Shown here in pieces: positions 11,508 through 23,977 of a stretch of 64,000 nt of DNA. The notes under the pieces were generated by a model, which made no database searches, was not told the DNA's origin, and was given only the letters and a program-made list of their open reading frames with translations. The stretch lies in assembly GCA_002633005.1 (NCBI GenBank), contig NMRA01000029.1:1150086-1214085 (forward strand), written 5' to 3'. Origin of the DNA: Phoronis australis. Lineage: Eukaryota; Animalia; Phoronida. Position numbers and translations under genes: made by a program. The stretch's first letter is position 1; each line of letters opens with the position of its first letter.

Positions 11508-12354
11508 TTCCGCCATATTTGTAACGAATCCCCCCACGTCCGACATAGGTGATAAGTGGGGGGGGGGGCAATCCCGAGGATGCAGCCATAAGGATTTGAG
11601 TAACCCGTGAACCAACAAATTTTCATGGAGAGTAAGAATGGGCCTAGGGTCAGCGCACTGACGGGTAGCTGGGTGCTGCCTCAGGTAACTCTAGCTGAGA
11701 TCTTGAACAGTGTGAAAGTACGAAATTGGAGAACTAGGCTAGTCGCTGGTCAGCTCAGCTATGATTCACTTGTGACAGGCATCTTAGCTCCTACCTATCT
11801 GTCTGCACTGCCTCTAAGGTCAAGATTCGTTTTAATATGATCCAGTTTCGGGAAAAGTTCGTTTTATTATGGTCATTCTTTGAAGGAATTTCTTGAAAAG
11901 GTGAGGTCCTAGTATATTGCCTCTGGGCTGTTTCAAAATTCCTTGTTGAAACACGACCGGTAGTCCAATTTCTGGTAGCTGTGGTAAATGATACAGATTG
12001 CGTCCCAAAATGTACACACTTCAACGCTTGGAGTTCAAATTCAGTTCCCGTCGATCACTTAGATTCTGCGTGGGCCTACTGCATGTTAACACATTATTTT
12101 TAACGTGGGTGCGTCATTTATGACGCGCTCCGTCCGTGTAGTATGCACGGGAATGGCAAGCAAAGGAGTCAGTTTTGAAGAAAAAACATTCATTGCCCAA
12201 TAATACTCGAAACTAAAAACATCAAGGAAGTGCAAAGACAACCTTTCCAAGTTAATAAGCAATGAGTTTTATTTTATTTATTTAAGGACTTAAACTTCTT
12301 TTTCGATCTACAGTTTGTGAAATTAAACCAATGATGTAGTTCCTAAGTCAATAA

Positions 12355-13010
12355 ACAATTTATTGCCAGTTGAATTGTTAGAACATTTTTGTACACTTTG
12401 TAGAGCTGTCCGAAATTCATCAGTATCCTTGAGACATCTTTCAAATTGGACAAATATCGTTTAGTGTACTTTGCTATTTGAGGATCTGATGGTACATCGA
12501 AATTTCCCAATGTCAGCTTGCAACTAAGTGCAGTGGAGCATCGCCATTTCTTACACGATTAGCTTCTAATTGTCAAAAATCATCGTTCAATCAGTCGATT
12601 TTCGTAGATACATTAACATGTAAATCAAATGCCAACAATCATTCCATAAACAATACGTTTACTTTGATTTAATGACTTAGTTCCTTTTTGATCGGCTGTT
12701 TGTGAGTTTAAATAACAAATCTTGTGCCTAATTCAAAAGCAATGCATTTATTGTCATTTGGATTGTGAGTACATTTTTGGGAATTGTCCGAATTTCATCA
12801 ATGTCTTTGATAGTTATTTTAGATAGGCAAATATCGTCTAAATGTACTTTACTATTTGGGTATAGGATTACAGAGTTCTCCCAACTTCAGGCTGCAACTA
12901 AATTCACTGAAACATCACGAAATCTTACAAGATTAGCTTTTAATTGCAAAATCTATGAATCCGTCGATTTTCCCCGATACATAAACATGTAAATCAGAAA
13001 CCAACGAATT
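12355..13010. repeat. Diverged tandem duplication of a ~390-bp unit
   Basis: ~12355-12640 aligns with ~12745-13010 (TGTCCGAA.TTCATCA, CAAATATCGT, TGCAACTAA, GTCGATTTT, AACATGTAAATCA). Confidence 0.65.
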
Positions 13011-13938
13011 TGTTTATCAAAACGGAATGTTATAAGCAATTTCCACAGGTCTGCTTGCAGATTTTTAGGGGTAACCGGGGAACATGGGAGATGGGGCATT
13101 CGTATTAAGGTATATCTTTTTCTCAATTCAGAGGTACCTATAAACGTTCACGAGTGAAATTTGAACTCCAAGGTTTAACCATGCCACCTACAGTTTTTGG
13201 GGGGGTGGGGCGTTCGTATGAAATCCTGATACCATATCCATTTTTACGAAAAAACAATGAGAGCCCAATCTCATAACGGTGAGTTGTATGAATATGATTT
13301 TTTTGTTTTAACGAGAGGCAGCATTGTAGCTGCTTAAGTATGCGCGTATTATGCTCGATTCTTGAACTTTCTCTTTTATAAGGTGCAGCGCTTGTGAGTT
13401 TTCATCCACTAGGTTTGGTAGCGAAATTTATACGGGATATCGAATCACACCGCCCGGTGATCTGCCGGCGTCCGGTGATTGTGAAATCGGCCGGACCACG
13501 AAATAATTTGTCTTTGCCCGACGGTGCAACGACTGGCGATTTCGGACATCGACGCCCTGCCGACGCGTCCAACAATCTCCCAACAATCGCCCAACTGTCA
13601 TCTATCGCAATTTTAGCTCGGAAACTAATCGGATCAGCGTCGGAAGGCTTATAAGACTACGGCATAGGTTCACCGCTACTGCTGATCCGCGAAAAATCAT
13701 CCGGTCTAGGCCAGGAATAGGGATAGAACTTAATTGGCGTGCTCGGTCGAGCATCGCTAGATATGTGATTTAAGCATTATGACAGCGAATAAAAATATGT
13801 TCTAAGCTTGAGAAGAATTGTGAATTATTGCATTTGCTTCAGACACGGCCGTCATGGTGGATTACACTTAGTTGCCAACACAGTATGACCGGCATGGGAA
13901 AATCAAGCGATTTCAACCAATTTCAGTTGCCTTGGAGA

Positions 13939-13949
13939 TTAATTTACAC
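13939..13949 (-). CDS. Gene C putative terminal coding exon (RVN*)
   Basis: Acceptor cttcttgacag, phase 1 compatible with the previous exon. Alternative downstream exons cannot be excluded. Confidence 0.3.
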
Positions 13950-14091
13950 CTGTCAAGAAGTTGACTAACACAAGAACACCAGTCTCAATATTCCAACCTA
14001 ATTGAATAATTGACGAGTGTCACAGAGTCATGATGACTTCTCTGATCTTTAAAGTGACCCCAGTCCGAAGTTATTAAAAAAATCTACTTAC

Positions 14092-14217
14092 GTTGAGGAT
14101 TTGTTTTCGCAAGCGTACAAAGGCACGAGTTGTACAGATATAAACCACACGAACAATCACCACCGTTATTGTCACCAGATGTCGACACTGCTGCACTATC
14201 GTTCAAGGTAGACGCAT
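14092..14217 (-). CDS. Gene C exon 5: linker and Cys-rich C-terminal segment
   Basis: ttttcag|(D)ASTLNDSAAVSTSGDNNGGDCSCGLYLYNSCLCTLAKTNPQ|gtaagt, phase 1-1. Confidence 0.75.
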
Positions 14218-14455
14218 CTGAAAATGCGAAATAATACCAGAAAATGCATTTCGTTTCAAAAGACATTCAGACGTCTTCAAAAGCCTTTTACGAATTATTT
14301 ACAAAATTTCATTGCACTCAAAAATGATTTATTGTGAATAAGCCCTCTGCATTATTGTTCTAGACAAACTGCCGCATTTTCCTTGTCAGAATAACTATCA
14401 AACAGTGAAGCTAATTTCAAACAGAGGACAAATTGCTCTAACAATCAAAACTCAC

Positions 14456-14612
14456 CTACTGCCTCAAAGATGGCGTTAAAGCCAACTTTATTAACACTGG
14501 AATCAGATCTGAATATAATTTCCACACGGTTGGAGTCAGACGTCCACGTCGTCCCTCTTTTCTTTAGTCCACAGAGATTTCCACTGGATTTCCTAGTTTC
14601 CAAGTCCGTCAA
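14456..14612 (-). CDS. Gene C exon 4: CUB domain, C-terminal half
   Basis: ctgcag|LTDLETRKSSGNLCGLKKRGTTWTSDSNRVEIIFRSDSSVNKVGFNAIFEAV|gtgagt, phase 0-1. FxSD..GF CUB motif. Confidence 0.92.
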
Positions 14613-15777
14613 CTGCAGAAAAAGTGAAAGTCTTAAAAACTGACATCCATTTGTGTGGTACCTTACCCGGGTTTCGTGTCCCGTCTAAAACCACTCTACC
14701 CTCTCCCAATTATTAGTCAACAGTTTTTAATCAACTACAAAACTTGACCAAGGTCTCATGTGCTCTCATTTTTAAGGCAACTTAGAAATTTGTGCATGCA
14801 GTGACATCTGTTAGTAATGCTGATCACTGGCCTCATCGGGCAAAAAGAGACGGAAGTAAGAACGACAACTAGACTTGCATGCCCGCCAAGGCGGTATGCT
14901 TTTCTATAGCGGACTTTGAGATAAGCGGCTAGGCCTTCCAGGGAAACAGTCATCAACAGAAAAGGTACAATTTCTGTAAACTGTTATTTTTGCTTTTACC
15001 CAAAAATGCCATTGCTTCAGTTACTACTAAAAAGTTGTGTACGTTACATGTACAATGCACGGCTGCCTCAACGGCTCTCCTTTTCGTGACACAGGATACC
15101 ATTTTTCCATAGAAACCATTATTAGAAAAATGAAACAAAATAAAACACTTATGAAACAAGCCAATAGATCTGCTCAAACAGCTGAAGACTCATCGAAAAA
15201 TTGTCCACAGATTCTGTGACGACAGAAATTAGAAGAAAATCCCGATGTGGGGAGCAAAATATTGGTGGAGTGTGATACTACAAACAAAATTTTATTCTCG
15301 TCTCAATTTATGGAACCATAGAGTCTTTTTATCATTCCGTATCAACGGCAATTGTCTGTCATTTTGTGCATCCAGATTTTGACTTAATAACGTCATATTA
15401 AAGTTGGTAATGATCCGAATGCCAACCAACAAGCGAAGAGAATGTATATGGTTTACGAGTTCACCACTAGATGAAAAATGCAACTGGCGGAGTAACCAGG
15501 GAACAGTAAAATGTCCATTCTTCAAGTGAAGAAGTGGTTTCGAAAGGCTTAATTTCTGTGCAGCTATATTCGCCGTATCATTCCTTCAGATAATTTCGAG
15601 CGACTGTTAATTTGGTCCAATATTTGATGTCCAATGCGAGTGTGATATGTACGACACCCATTACTAGACTCTCAACGTATAGACTTCCAACTCTGTTTGG
15701 ATTCAGGATTGGCTTCACGAAGCACGCATTTTAATGCTAGTTAACCATTTAAAAATAATCTCCACGTTTTCACTTAC

Positions 15778-15959
15778 CCGAACATAATCGTACTTGCAAC
15801 GGGAGTGGCTTTCCAATGCGAAGTCCTTAAACTGAACTTTTATTGCCGTTCCTTTTTCGGCGACAATTGTGGTGTTGCAGTTGGATCTTGATGGGTACGT
15901 CAAAGGATACCTCGGTGACGTCACGCTTCCGCTGCTTGCGTTGAAAACTGCGTTGCAAT
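15778..15959 (-). CDS. Gene C exon 3: CUB domain, N-terminal half
   Basis: (D)CNAVFNASSGSVTSPRYPLTYPSRSNCNTTIVAEKGTAIKVQFKDFALESHSRCKYDYVR|gtaagt, phase 1-0. Confidence 0.93.
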
Positions 15960-16179
15960 CTATATGCACGAGGGAATAAATTGATATGCATCAAAGTTCG
16001 TTTTGTGAAGATTACAACTAAAATGACTTGGAAACAGTACCATTGACTCGCATCACGATATCCATAGATGCATTTTGTTTTGAAAATATCTTAATTGTAC
16101 TACAGCTTTCTGGCTTCCCTTATTCACAACAAAGTATAGGTTCAATCAAAATTAGAAGACGCGCGCAACATCTACCTAC

Positions 16180-16240
16180 CGTTCTGATCAACATTCCGTT
16201 TTTCTCTGTGATCGTGGTCGAGTGCAGGTTTACATTCAAC
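16180..16240 (-). CDS. Gene C exon 2: end of signal peptide and propeptide with REKR
   Basis: gttttag|VECKPALDHDHREKRNVDQN|gtaggt, phase 0-1, joins exon 1 and exon 3 in frame. Confidence 0.75.
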
Positions 16241-16648
16241 CTAAAACATTGCCCATCAATAAATACAAATGGAACAATATCAAAAGGCGCATGTAATACA
16301 ACAATCCATAATTCGGCAAAAGTAATTCGTGACCATATAGGCATTACCGGGATATGTTTTCTCGGGGACCTGAGCTATAAGAAATTTGGACCCTGATAAT
16401 TTCACTGTCCCACAAATCGTCATTTGTTCAACCCCTGCTGTTGCCACAGTTTTCGAGTTACTCGGTGCTCACAAATTTCCAGCCTCCTGTCCCCACCCAA
16501 TAGCTTTCGATGCCCCCTGGGTATGTCCCTAAGCGTATGTCTTGCTTAGCTAACCCGGCACTGCATAATGACAGGAAAAAAGCAATTACCAGACTAATAC
16601 AATCAGAGGCATGTCTTTTCAAGCAAATCATATCTCGAACAGACTCAC

Positions 16649-16693
16649 CAACGCTACGATCACTGACAGAACCGCTATGCAGACAATACGCAT
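16649..16693 (-). CDS. Gene C exon 1: signal peptide of secreted CUB-domain protein
   Basis: aagATG MRIVCIAVLSVIVAL|gtgagt, phase 0. Confidence 0.8.
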
Positions 16694-16726
16694 CTTCGCC
16701 GACGTCGAACTAAAGCACAGTCTTCT

Positions 16727-17309
16727 CTTAAAAGCGATATAACTTTCGACTTGAAGTCTTGCGATAAAAGAAATTTGAATGTCATCGGAGAGCGTCATCC
16801 ATATTTATATGCAAATGAAACGAGGAAACAGATACGCTGAAGGCGACACTCATTATCTCCGACCCCACTTACTCAGAAATCAGCCCCCGAGTTCTATGAA
16901 TTGTTAAGCCTTATCTTGTAGTGGGAAANGTGTTCAACCCATGATGTCACATGGCGGGAAATGTGAAAATTGGCAAAATTGAAAGAGAAATCAAAATTTC
17001 GAGCTAATGACACAAAATAATCATGGATTTGGCTAAATTTTACGTCATACATTTAGTCTGTGGCCACCGGTAATTCGAAATGTGCAAAAATCCATGGTGT
17101 GTACTGTTTAAAAGCGATATAACTTTCGACTTGAAGTCTTGCGATAAAAGAAATTTGAATGTCATCGGAGAGCGTCATCCATATTTATGTGCAAATGAAA
17201 CGAGGAAACAGATACGCTGAAGGCGACACTCATTATCTCCGACCCCACTTACTCAGAAATCAGCCCCCGAGTTCTATGAATTGTTAAGCCTTATCTTGTA
17301 GTGGGAAAC
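16727..17309. repeat. Near-identical duplication 16727-16928 / ~17108-17309 around a single N (probable assembly artefact)
   Basis: Two ~200-bp copies, n at 16929. Confidence 0.75.
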
Positions 17310-19669
17310 TTACTCATTGCGGCCACGGCCAACGTTATCTATTGAGGTCATTAGTCTAAGTCGGAACTCTTGTATTTACGATCTATGAGACGTCTGTTAT
17401 TGCAATTACTAACGAGAGTGTATTACCCCGACAAACGTCTGGTCTTCCGTGTTTTGCTAGGGCCAGGCGTCTTGGGGATTTCCCCTAGAGAGCTTTTCTG
17501 TTGTAATAGACCACTCTGCTCCGAGGTTTGCCGACAAAAACAGTGTTGCTCGACTTGAACATATCATTCAAATTTTGAAATGTGCTACTTTGGCAAATAG
17601 TTTTTGTTTGTATAATTATTAACGTATGCGGGCTATGGAGCTTTCATCCAAAAATTACGTTTTAGGTTCTACGGAAACTTGGACTTCGATCGCAGAAGTC
17701 AGAGTCCTGAGTCGTTACCAGTTACCTTCTTAGAACCGTCCATGTGAAAAAGGTTATCTCGACCTGAACATTTATTGACCGATTGACTATAAAGTTTGAT
17801 GGCTGTCGAAAGTTGATCTAAGGCATAGAGATGAAAACATATCAGAGGCCAGACTGTTCCCGGTACTCGACCAGGGCCACGGGTCGGTACGTATAAAGAA
17901 TAACCAATGTAATTGTCTGGTTTGTTGACTAATTTTGCCGAGAATCGCTGATTGTACGAAACTGTACCTCAAGAGTCTCGCTTGACGAACAATAAAAACA
18001 AGATGAAAATGAAGCAATGAACAAAACTCAGTCGAGCATGCTGCCGGAAATTTACAATGCAAACTCTCGCAGCTAGTCTCGCGGGGGTCGCGAGCTCTAA
18101 TAATAACATAGAAAACATTGGTCTTGTGCAACATGGAGAAAACTGTTGATGAGTGAAGGTGTTTTGCACGTCAGGGTTTGATGGAACGAGACAGCTTTTA
18201 AGTTCCACAAACGCAAATTGATCCACAATATGGTGAAGCTGTTTGGAACAAATTGGTGATTAGCGAAATGTCTGGCATCGTATATATTATACACACGAAT
18301 AGGAATGCAATTGTGACAAAAAAAAATCGCGTTTAGCTATTCTTAAAAAACCTTATTTGTTATTTACCACGCATGGTTTTCCCAAGTGCCTAAACAAAGC
18401 GGGCGCAAACCTAATCAGCTAAAATTTTTTCTCCATAGAAATTAACGGTGCCGCGGGCGGTTTTCATCTACACCCGTTGATAAGCCCACCCAAAAGCGCC
18501 GGTAAGTTACACTCGCCGTGTTGGCAGACTCATAAGGAAGCTAACAAACTAGCCAGACTAAAACGGGCTTTCTCATTCTTTTAATTGTATCGAGAAATAA
18601 AAAGAAGATGTAAAACAGTTACAATCTATTCTAGTGCTGAAAAAGTTGTTAAAAGTTATAATAAAAAAGCGGAATTTTTTGTCAAGATTTCCCCTAAACT
18701 TGAACTCGAATTGTAGCATTTATTGTCCTGAGTGATAACTACTTCACTTTTTGGAGTGTGAAACGTGCTGCGTAGTCTGCGAAATTGGTGGGTATAAATT
18801 GGCAACGTAACTAAAACTTAAGGACATTTGTTCAGGCAAAGGATGATGTGCCAAAGACAGCATGAGTATAAAGACAGGCAACTTGGATGCTATCATTGAA
18901 AAGTCAGAACGCTAGAATACGAATTCAATATTTCTACCGACTCAGGCGTATTTTCGTGGCTGCTTTAGTAAAAATAGTTCGGAGTCTTTTTTGAAATTTT
19001 CACAAAACGTTCGCTTTTTAAAATTTTCAATGATAAAACCTGGCCTCGGTTTCATGAAGCTAATTTAGTTTTAACTTAGACCGAAATAACAATGCTGTCA
19101 TTCCATCACATGTCACGTTGGGCTTGTTTCACAATGCTGTTGACGTCGTGCCAACAATAGAACTTGAGACTTAATTAAAAATTCATGAAAGTAAACGCCA
19201 TTCCCGGAGTCGTTTCATTGGGCTAAAATGTATTTAGTTATTTTCCAAAAATAACCAATTGATGAGTCTTGTGGGATTTTTGTAGAACACTTGACAAATC
19301 TAGGCCACCTTAGCTGGTATATTTTCATGACAAGATTGATTTATTTTGAATTGGCGATCTATTAATGGTGTGCTGACAGGGAAACTGTTTCAGAAATTTA
19401 AAGCTTGGTCACGCACTTCTGAAGCTACCGAATGTAGCACAACAAACATTAGTAGAGAGAATTTGAAAGCCTCCGTTTGTAAGAATGAAAAATGTCAAGA
19501 TTCCGCCGACATTTGAACTCGGACTGCGGCAGTCAAAGTTCTTATTGCTCAACATTATTTACAGAGCCATTGGTATAGCCAGTTCCACTAGGTGGCACTT
19601 GCTCTCAGATTAGCAGTGATTTCTCAGCGTGGCTAGTGAAGAGTTGACAGTTAGCTACTGCTAGAGTAT

Positions 19670-19921
19670 AGGGGTCTGTTTGATGGAAAGTGACTTTTAT
19701 TAGTCAGAACTTTGGTTTTACGCTCCACACAACTATGTCCAAAGAATGAATGAGCACGAGCAAACATGCAAAGTCTCTGAGAACGTGCAACAGCTACCTT
19801 TTACAAATTGTTTCTAGACAGTGGCGCGCACACAATTGCTTGGCTGAATCAGCAGTTGCGAAGGTAAGCGCAATACTTAGTCACTGTCTTACGTGACTTT
19901 ATTGTAATGAAACAGACCCCT
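19670..19921. mobile_element. Harbinger-like MITE; right end and flank duplicated at ~20175-20335
   Basis: AGGGGTCTGTTT ... AAACAGACCCCT inverted termini. Confidence 0.55.
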
Positions 19922-21212
19922 GGCTTATTGCTATTTAGGACCCCAGAAAAATGGCCAAATTCGCCTTACTTCGGAACATCTTATCCCACAAGTGACTGAT
20001 CGGATACAATAGAAACTTGATCGTTTTGCAGACTTCGAAAGAAGTTCTCAAATTTCTTCAAACTTTTGAGGGTTGTAAGGCATTATTGTGTTTCAGGAAA
20101 TAGGATGGAATTGTCGTCTTTAATGCATTTTAATAGGAAGAGGCCGGGTTTGAAATCCTTTTAGGCAGCATCTGCGAAGTGAAGCGCAATACCTAATTTC
20201 TGTCTTTTGTCTTATGCAACTTTAATATAATCAAACAGACCCCTGGCTTAGTTATTTAGGACCCTAGAAAATGTTCGTGTTCGCCGAACTCCGGAGCATC
20301 TGATCTCAGAAGTGACTGATCGGACACAAATGAAATTTTCAGATACTGAAATTTATACACTATTCTCCGAAATGCTGTCGGGAATTGTTTTTAGAAATTT
20401 CAACTTTTGTATAAGGCGACATCAAAAATAGGAATGTTTTGATATTCGTGAAAATAGCTGAATAAAACGAAGACAAGATGATAATTTTGAAATACATTTT
20501 TGAGATTTCATCTTCAACATTTGTACCAAACGAAATTTGCTCATGTTATTGATATGTTTTTGTTTTGTTATCAACGTATCTTTCGTTTTGCTACATTTAC
20601 TTAAAGAAATGAAATGGTCACGTGACCCATTTGATTGCAAATTTACAAAAAGTGAACATAAAATTCTGCAGACTTTCTACTTCGGAAAAAATAAATATAT
20701 TTTTACAAAGTTAAACCAATAGTTTTGTTAGCATTTGGCTGAATACACGGACTTGTTGATAAGGACGCCATCTTGATTTGACCCACCTCATCATTTTACG
20801 CGCTGATCATGGACTCCAGCCACTCGCGGATCTAAAATCCTACAAGTACAATTTTCTTACTAAAATTGTTGGAGTCTCCTCTTAAAAGCTGCAGTTGGTG
20901 TTTTTTGGTCGTGTCCTTAGAAGGACATCAACGACGAACAGTGAATTCTTCTCAAAAGAATAAATGCACCCTTTCAAGAACAGATTTACAAATTTCAGGA
21001 AAAAATAGTTAAACCTAACGTTATAATGTTAAGTGGCCGATTGTATTGTAAAAAGGTGCTTGTTAATGGTCGTTCGTTGGGCAGTGCTTAAATGTATACA
21101 TATGGAAAGGAAACTGTTTTCTGCGTATCCCAAACGAATGCTTGACACGGCAAGTGTTCATTGAACACTAAGTGCAGTGTTTTCCAGTAGTTCGTGTTTT
21201 TTGCTTTTATAG

Positions 21213-21796
21213 CTATAATTGAACTGAATCGGCCGAGGTTTTTGGAACAGAGATATTGGCCGTTTCAGCATTTGGATTTGATGGCGTCGAATTTATGACT
21301 CCGTCAGTGTCCTTCAATTGCAAAGCATCTGGTGCTGTAATGGTTTCCGGTGCCGGGAGATCTGCACTCGTGTACTGTGCGTTACGAGGATCATCTGGTT
21401 GTGCGGGAAGGGCGTTCTCCTCCGCACCACCACCTTTAAATTTCGTTGGGGCTTCCTCAGTCAAAACGTCATCTGGCTCAAAAGTTTGTGGCGTGGGAGA
21501 CGCCGAAACTTGTGGCTCGTCAGTAGGCGTCTTTATGCTCTCGCTCTCCGTTAAAGGAGCGTTCTCGACGGCGAGACCTGAAGCTGATTGAGAGGAGGCG
21601 TTGCGTATGCTCTGAACTTCGATGCCTGCTCTCTCGGCCTCGCTGAATGTGAGCACCGGACAGTCGCATGGCACCGTGGCTTCCTGGTCGCCCCGTTGTG
21701 TGCGTCTAGGCAGGCACACGGCTATAACACCGAAGACGAGAAGCAACACAATACCGACGGTTGATCCAATAATGATCTTGTGTACTCTAGTGAGTC
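21213..21796 (-). CDS. Gene B last exon: transmembrane helix and acidic Pro/Ser/Thr-rich cytoplasmic tail
   Basis: accgtag|(G)LTRVHKIIIGSTVGIVLLLVFGVIAVCLPRRTQ...SADSVQL*, open for 194 codons, phase 1. Confidence 0.88.
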
Positions 21797-22273
21797 CTAC
21801 GGTAAAACGACGTCAAAATATTGGTGATAGTAATGCTGAAAATATCACGCTAAAATTTAAGTGACGTGAAATGTGAATCATCCTTCCCAGCAAAAACTCC
21901 TTAGCGCAGTGTCACACCAAACTCGTACTCAGAACATCCGAGCCAATGTTCAAAACATAATGGGGTGGGAACGAGTGGAAACAATCAACACGGGCCATAA
22001 TAAATTGCTTCGAATGCGACACTTCTTTGTTGCTATACATGTCCGAGACACAAGCACGCCTTTTAAGAGGCTGACTTTCACTAAGGGACTCAGAAATCCG
22101 TCGATTCCATTTGTAATTTAGCAATCTGGTTTGCAGTACGACCATACCTTGTTTTGTTTTATGACAAAATAAAGGATTGTTCTAAAACCCCCTGGACCCC
22201 CACGTACCTCACGACCCCCCCGACCCACGACCCTCTTGATCGCGGCAATAGAGGTATCCTTACGTACGTTAAC

Positions 22274-22287
22274 GTATATATATAGAG

Positions 22288-22321
<34 letters not shown>
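22274..22321. repeat. (TA)n/(GA)n microsatellite
   Basis: Directly visible. Confidence 0.95.
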
Positions 22322-22325
<4 letters not shown>

Positions 22326-22606
22326 AAATTTTTATTATTAGCTTTCTGTCGTATATTCGTTTACAATATTCTACATGTAACCTTTATTTTTTTTGTTACC
22401 AGTTTGTTTTTTCAAACTGTATTTACTGAAGAAATTATATATCCGCGGCCTTTTAGGACTCTCGCAAAAAGAGCTTGAATCTGCCATTCACGGAAGAGCA
22501 GACGACACCATTACACTCTGTCGGGAACTAGACGACTTGTAACGTTGGTAGGCTTTTGATTAGAATTGATCACGTTGTTTGTCCTGTTCTTGGCTTTCCA
22601 ACTTGC

Positions 22607-22705
22607 CGAATCGACTCTCGTAATTGCAAAAAATAGGGAAAAGCCAGTCGAGCTCAGGGCCAGACGCGTTGGTCCTGTAAGTCAGCGCTTGTTCTATGTT
22701 CAGAT
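22607..22705 (-). CDS. Gene B exon: C-terminal part of a ZP-N-like domain
   Basis: (D)LNIEQALTYRTNASGPELDWLFPIFCNYESRF ending at G|GCAAGT (GC donor; a weaker GT alternative ends the exon at 22574). F-x-x-x-C-x-Y is typical of the last ZP-N strand. Confidence 0.6.
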
Positions 22706-23229
22706 CTGCAGTAGTCGAGGTTGTGTAAACTGTACTCTGTAGTAGGTCGAGGGGGCTGGGGTCGTGGGTACACGAGTTCATGGGTCGTGGGTTGATAGGG
22801 TCGTGGGGTTTGAGGGAGGCTTAGAACAATCCCAAAACGAACGAGAGGATTTTTTAAACTGGTTCGAAGTTCTAAAGCACGCTTCCCTTTCACATCTGTT
22901 CACGGGGTGAATTCGTGATAACATTCGTTCGGTTTTCACTCAGTTTTTACCGCATCTTCCAACAAATAATCGAGAACTTTCCTGACCACAAGTTCTTAAT
23001 GCCATTTAACACCAAAGGCGTTCTCAGAACGTCTGAACATCAATCAGTTCTGCCTAAAACAATCCGACTATGGGTGTTCTACAACATCCGTGATGACTTG
23101 TTCATTCAGAGTCATGGTTATTAACATCATGTCCAAAGCAGCCTCTCGTTGGCTCACTTTAAACACTATGCTATATAGGGCGTCATAGCATGCGACTTTT
23201 GGTAAAATCTTCATAACTGTCTTTTCATC

Positions 23230-23405
23230 TATGAGGCAAGTCACCTGCGTAAAGGCATTTGTTAAAAATGGTCGCGAAGTGGTCCGAGTTTTACCCATAG
23301 GCTATGGGAAAACATTGATTTTTGAACTTAAAGGCGTATGCACGCCTGCTTAAGTCTGACTGAATCCATTGTGTATTGTAATTAATCCACTCAACGCTGT
23401 TCTCG
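23230..23405 (+). pseudogene. RecQ-like helicase N-terminal fragment, probably from an Academ-type element (~22712-23675)
   Basis: QVTCVKAFVKNGREVVRVLPIGYGKTLIFEL (motif I, cf. LPTGYGKS) then VINPLNAVL (motif Ia) after a stop and frameshift. Loose TAGTCG...CGACTA ends. Confidence 0.65.
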
Positions 23406-23977
23406 CAAAATTGTTGTTTGCAGATTATCTCGAGCACGCACAGTGACGTCCACATCAGAACGTCATTGCGTTTTTATTTGCATCATGACACTCGTCACCC
23501 GGAGGCGCTTCGAAGGAACGCGTAGTGTTCTTACCCAGCTTGTACAACGCTTACTTTTTCTGCTCAAGATCTTACTGAGAACTACCTTGATTTGACCGCA
23601 CCCTTAGCCAGTTTTTGGTAACTACTTTATTCAAACCGAGATTGCTTCGGCGTGATTCAGTTTGTACAGCGACTATGTTGTAGGCCTAATTTCTTAACGC
23701 AAATGTATGTCGCACGGGATTTCACGTTAACTTTCAAGTGTAAACCAACGCGCGCCTAACGTGAAGGTACATGACTGTGTACCAAATTAAAGTGAAATGA
23801 TCACTACCATTTGTCATGAACAGACAATGAGAAGGGGATAGTATATTATATGTAGAACAAATTGGGATTGTTATGTTTCGTGTGACCAGCATGGAGAAGG
23901 CTTACGAGGTTTATTAAAACATAACAGAACTATGACCTTGCACATTGAATTTTAAGTGAACTGTATTTTCATGTATC

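Noticed and set aside
11791-12080. C-type-lectin-like ORF (KCVHFGTQSVSFTTA)
   Set aside because: There is an in-frame stop upstream and no downstream CTL motifs. Similar DNA (TTTGAACTCCAAG) recurs at ~13160 in repeat-like context.
16241-16560. Apparent PAN/apple- or lectin-like exons (YWVG..W; CRIMDCCITC) suggesting gene C is a pseudogene
   Set aside because: Every reading needs stops or frameshifts. Splicing 16649 directly to 16240 gives a clean signal peptide, propeptide and CUB, so this stretch is better explained as intron.
22057-22072. Other histone-stem-loop look-alikes (GCCTTTTAAGAGGC here; CCCTTTAAAGGG near 2676)
   Set aside because: They lack the GG-start 6-bp stem with 4-nt loop geometry and the flanking consensus.
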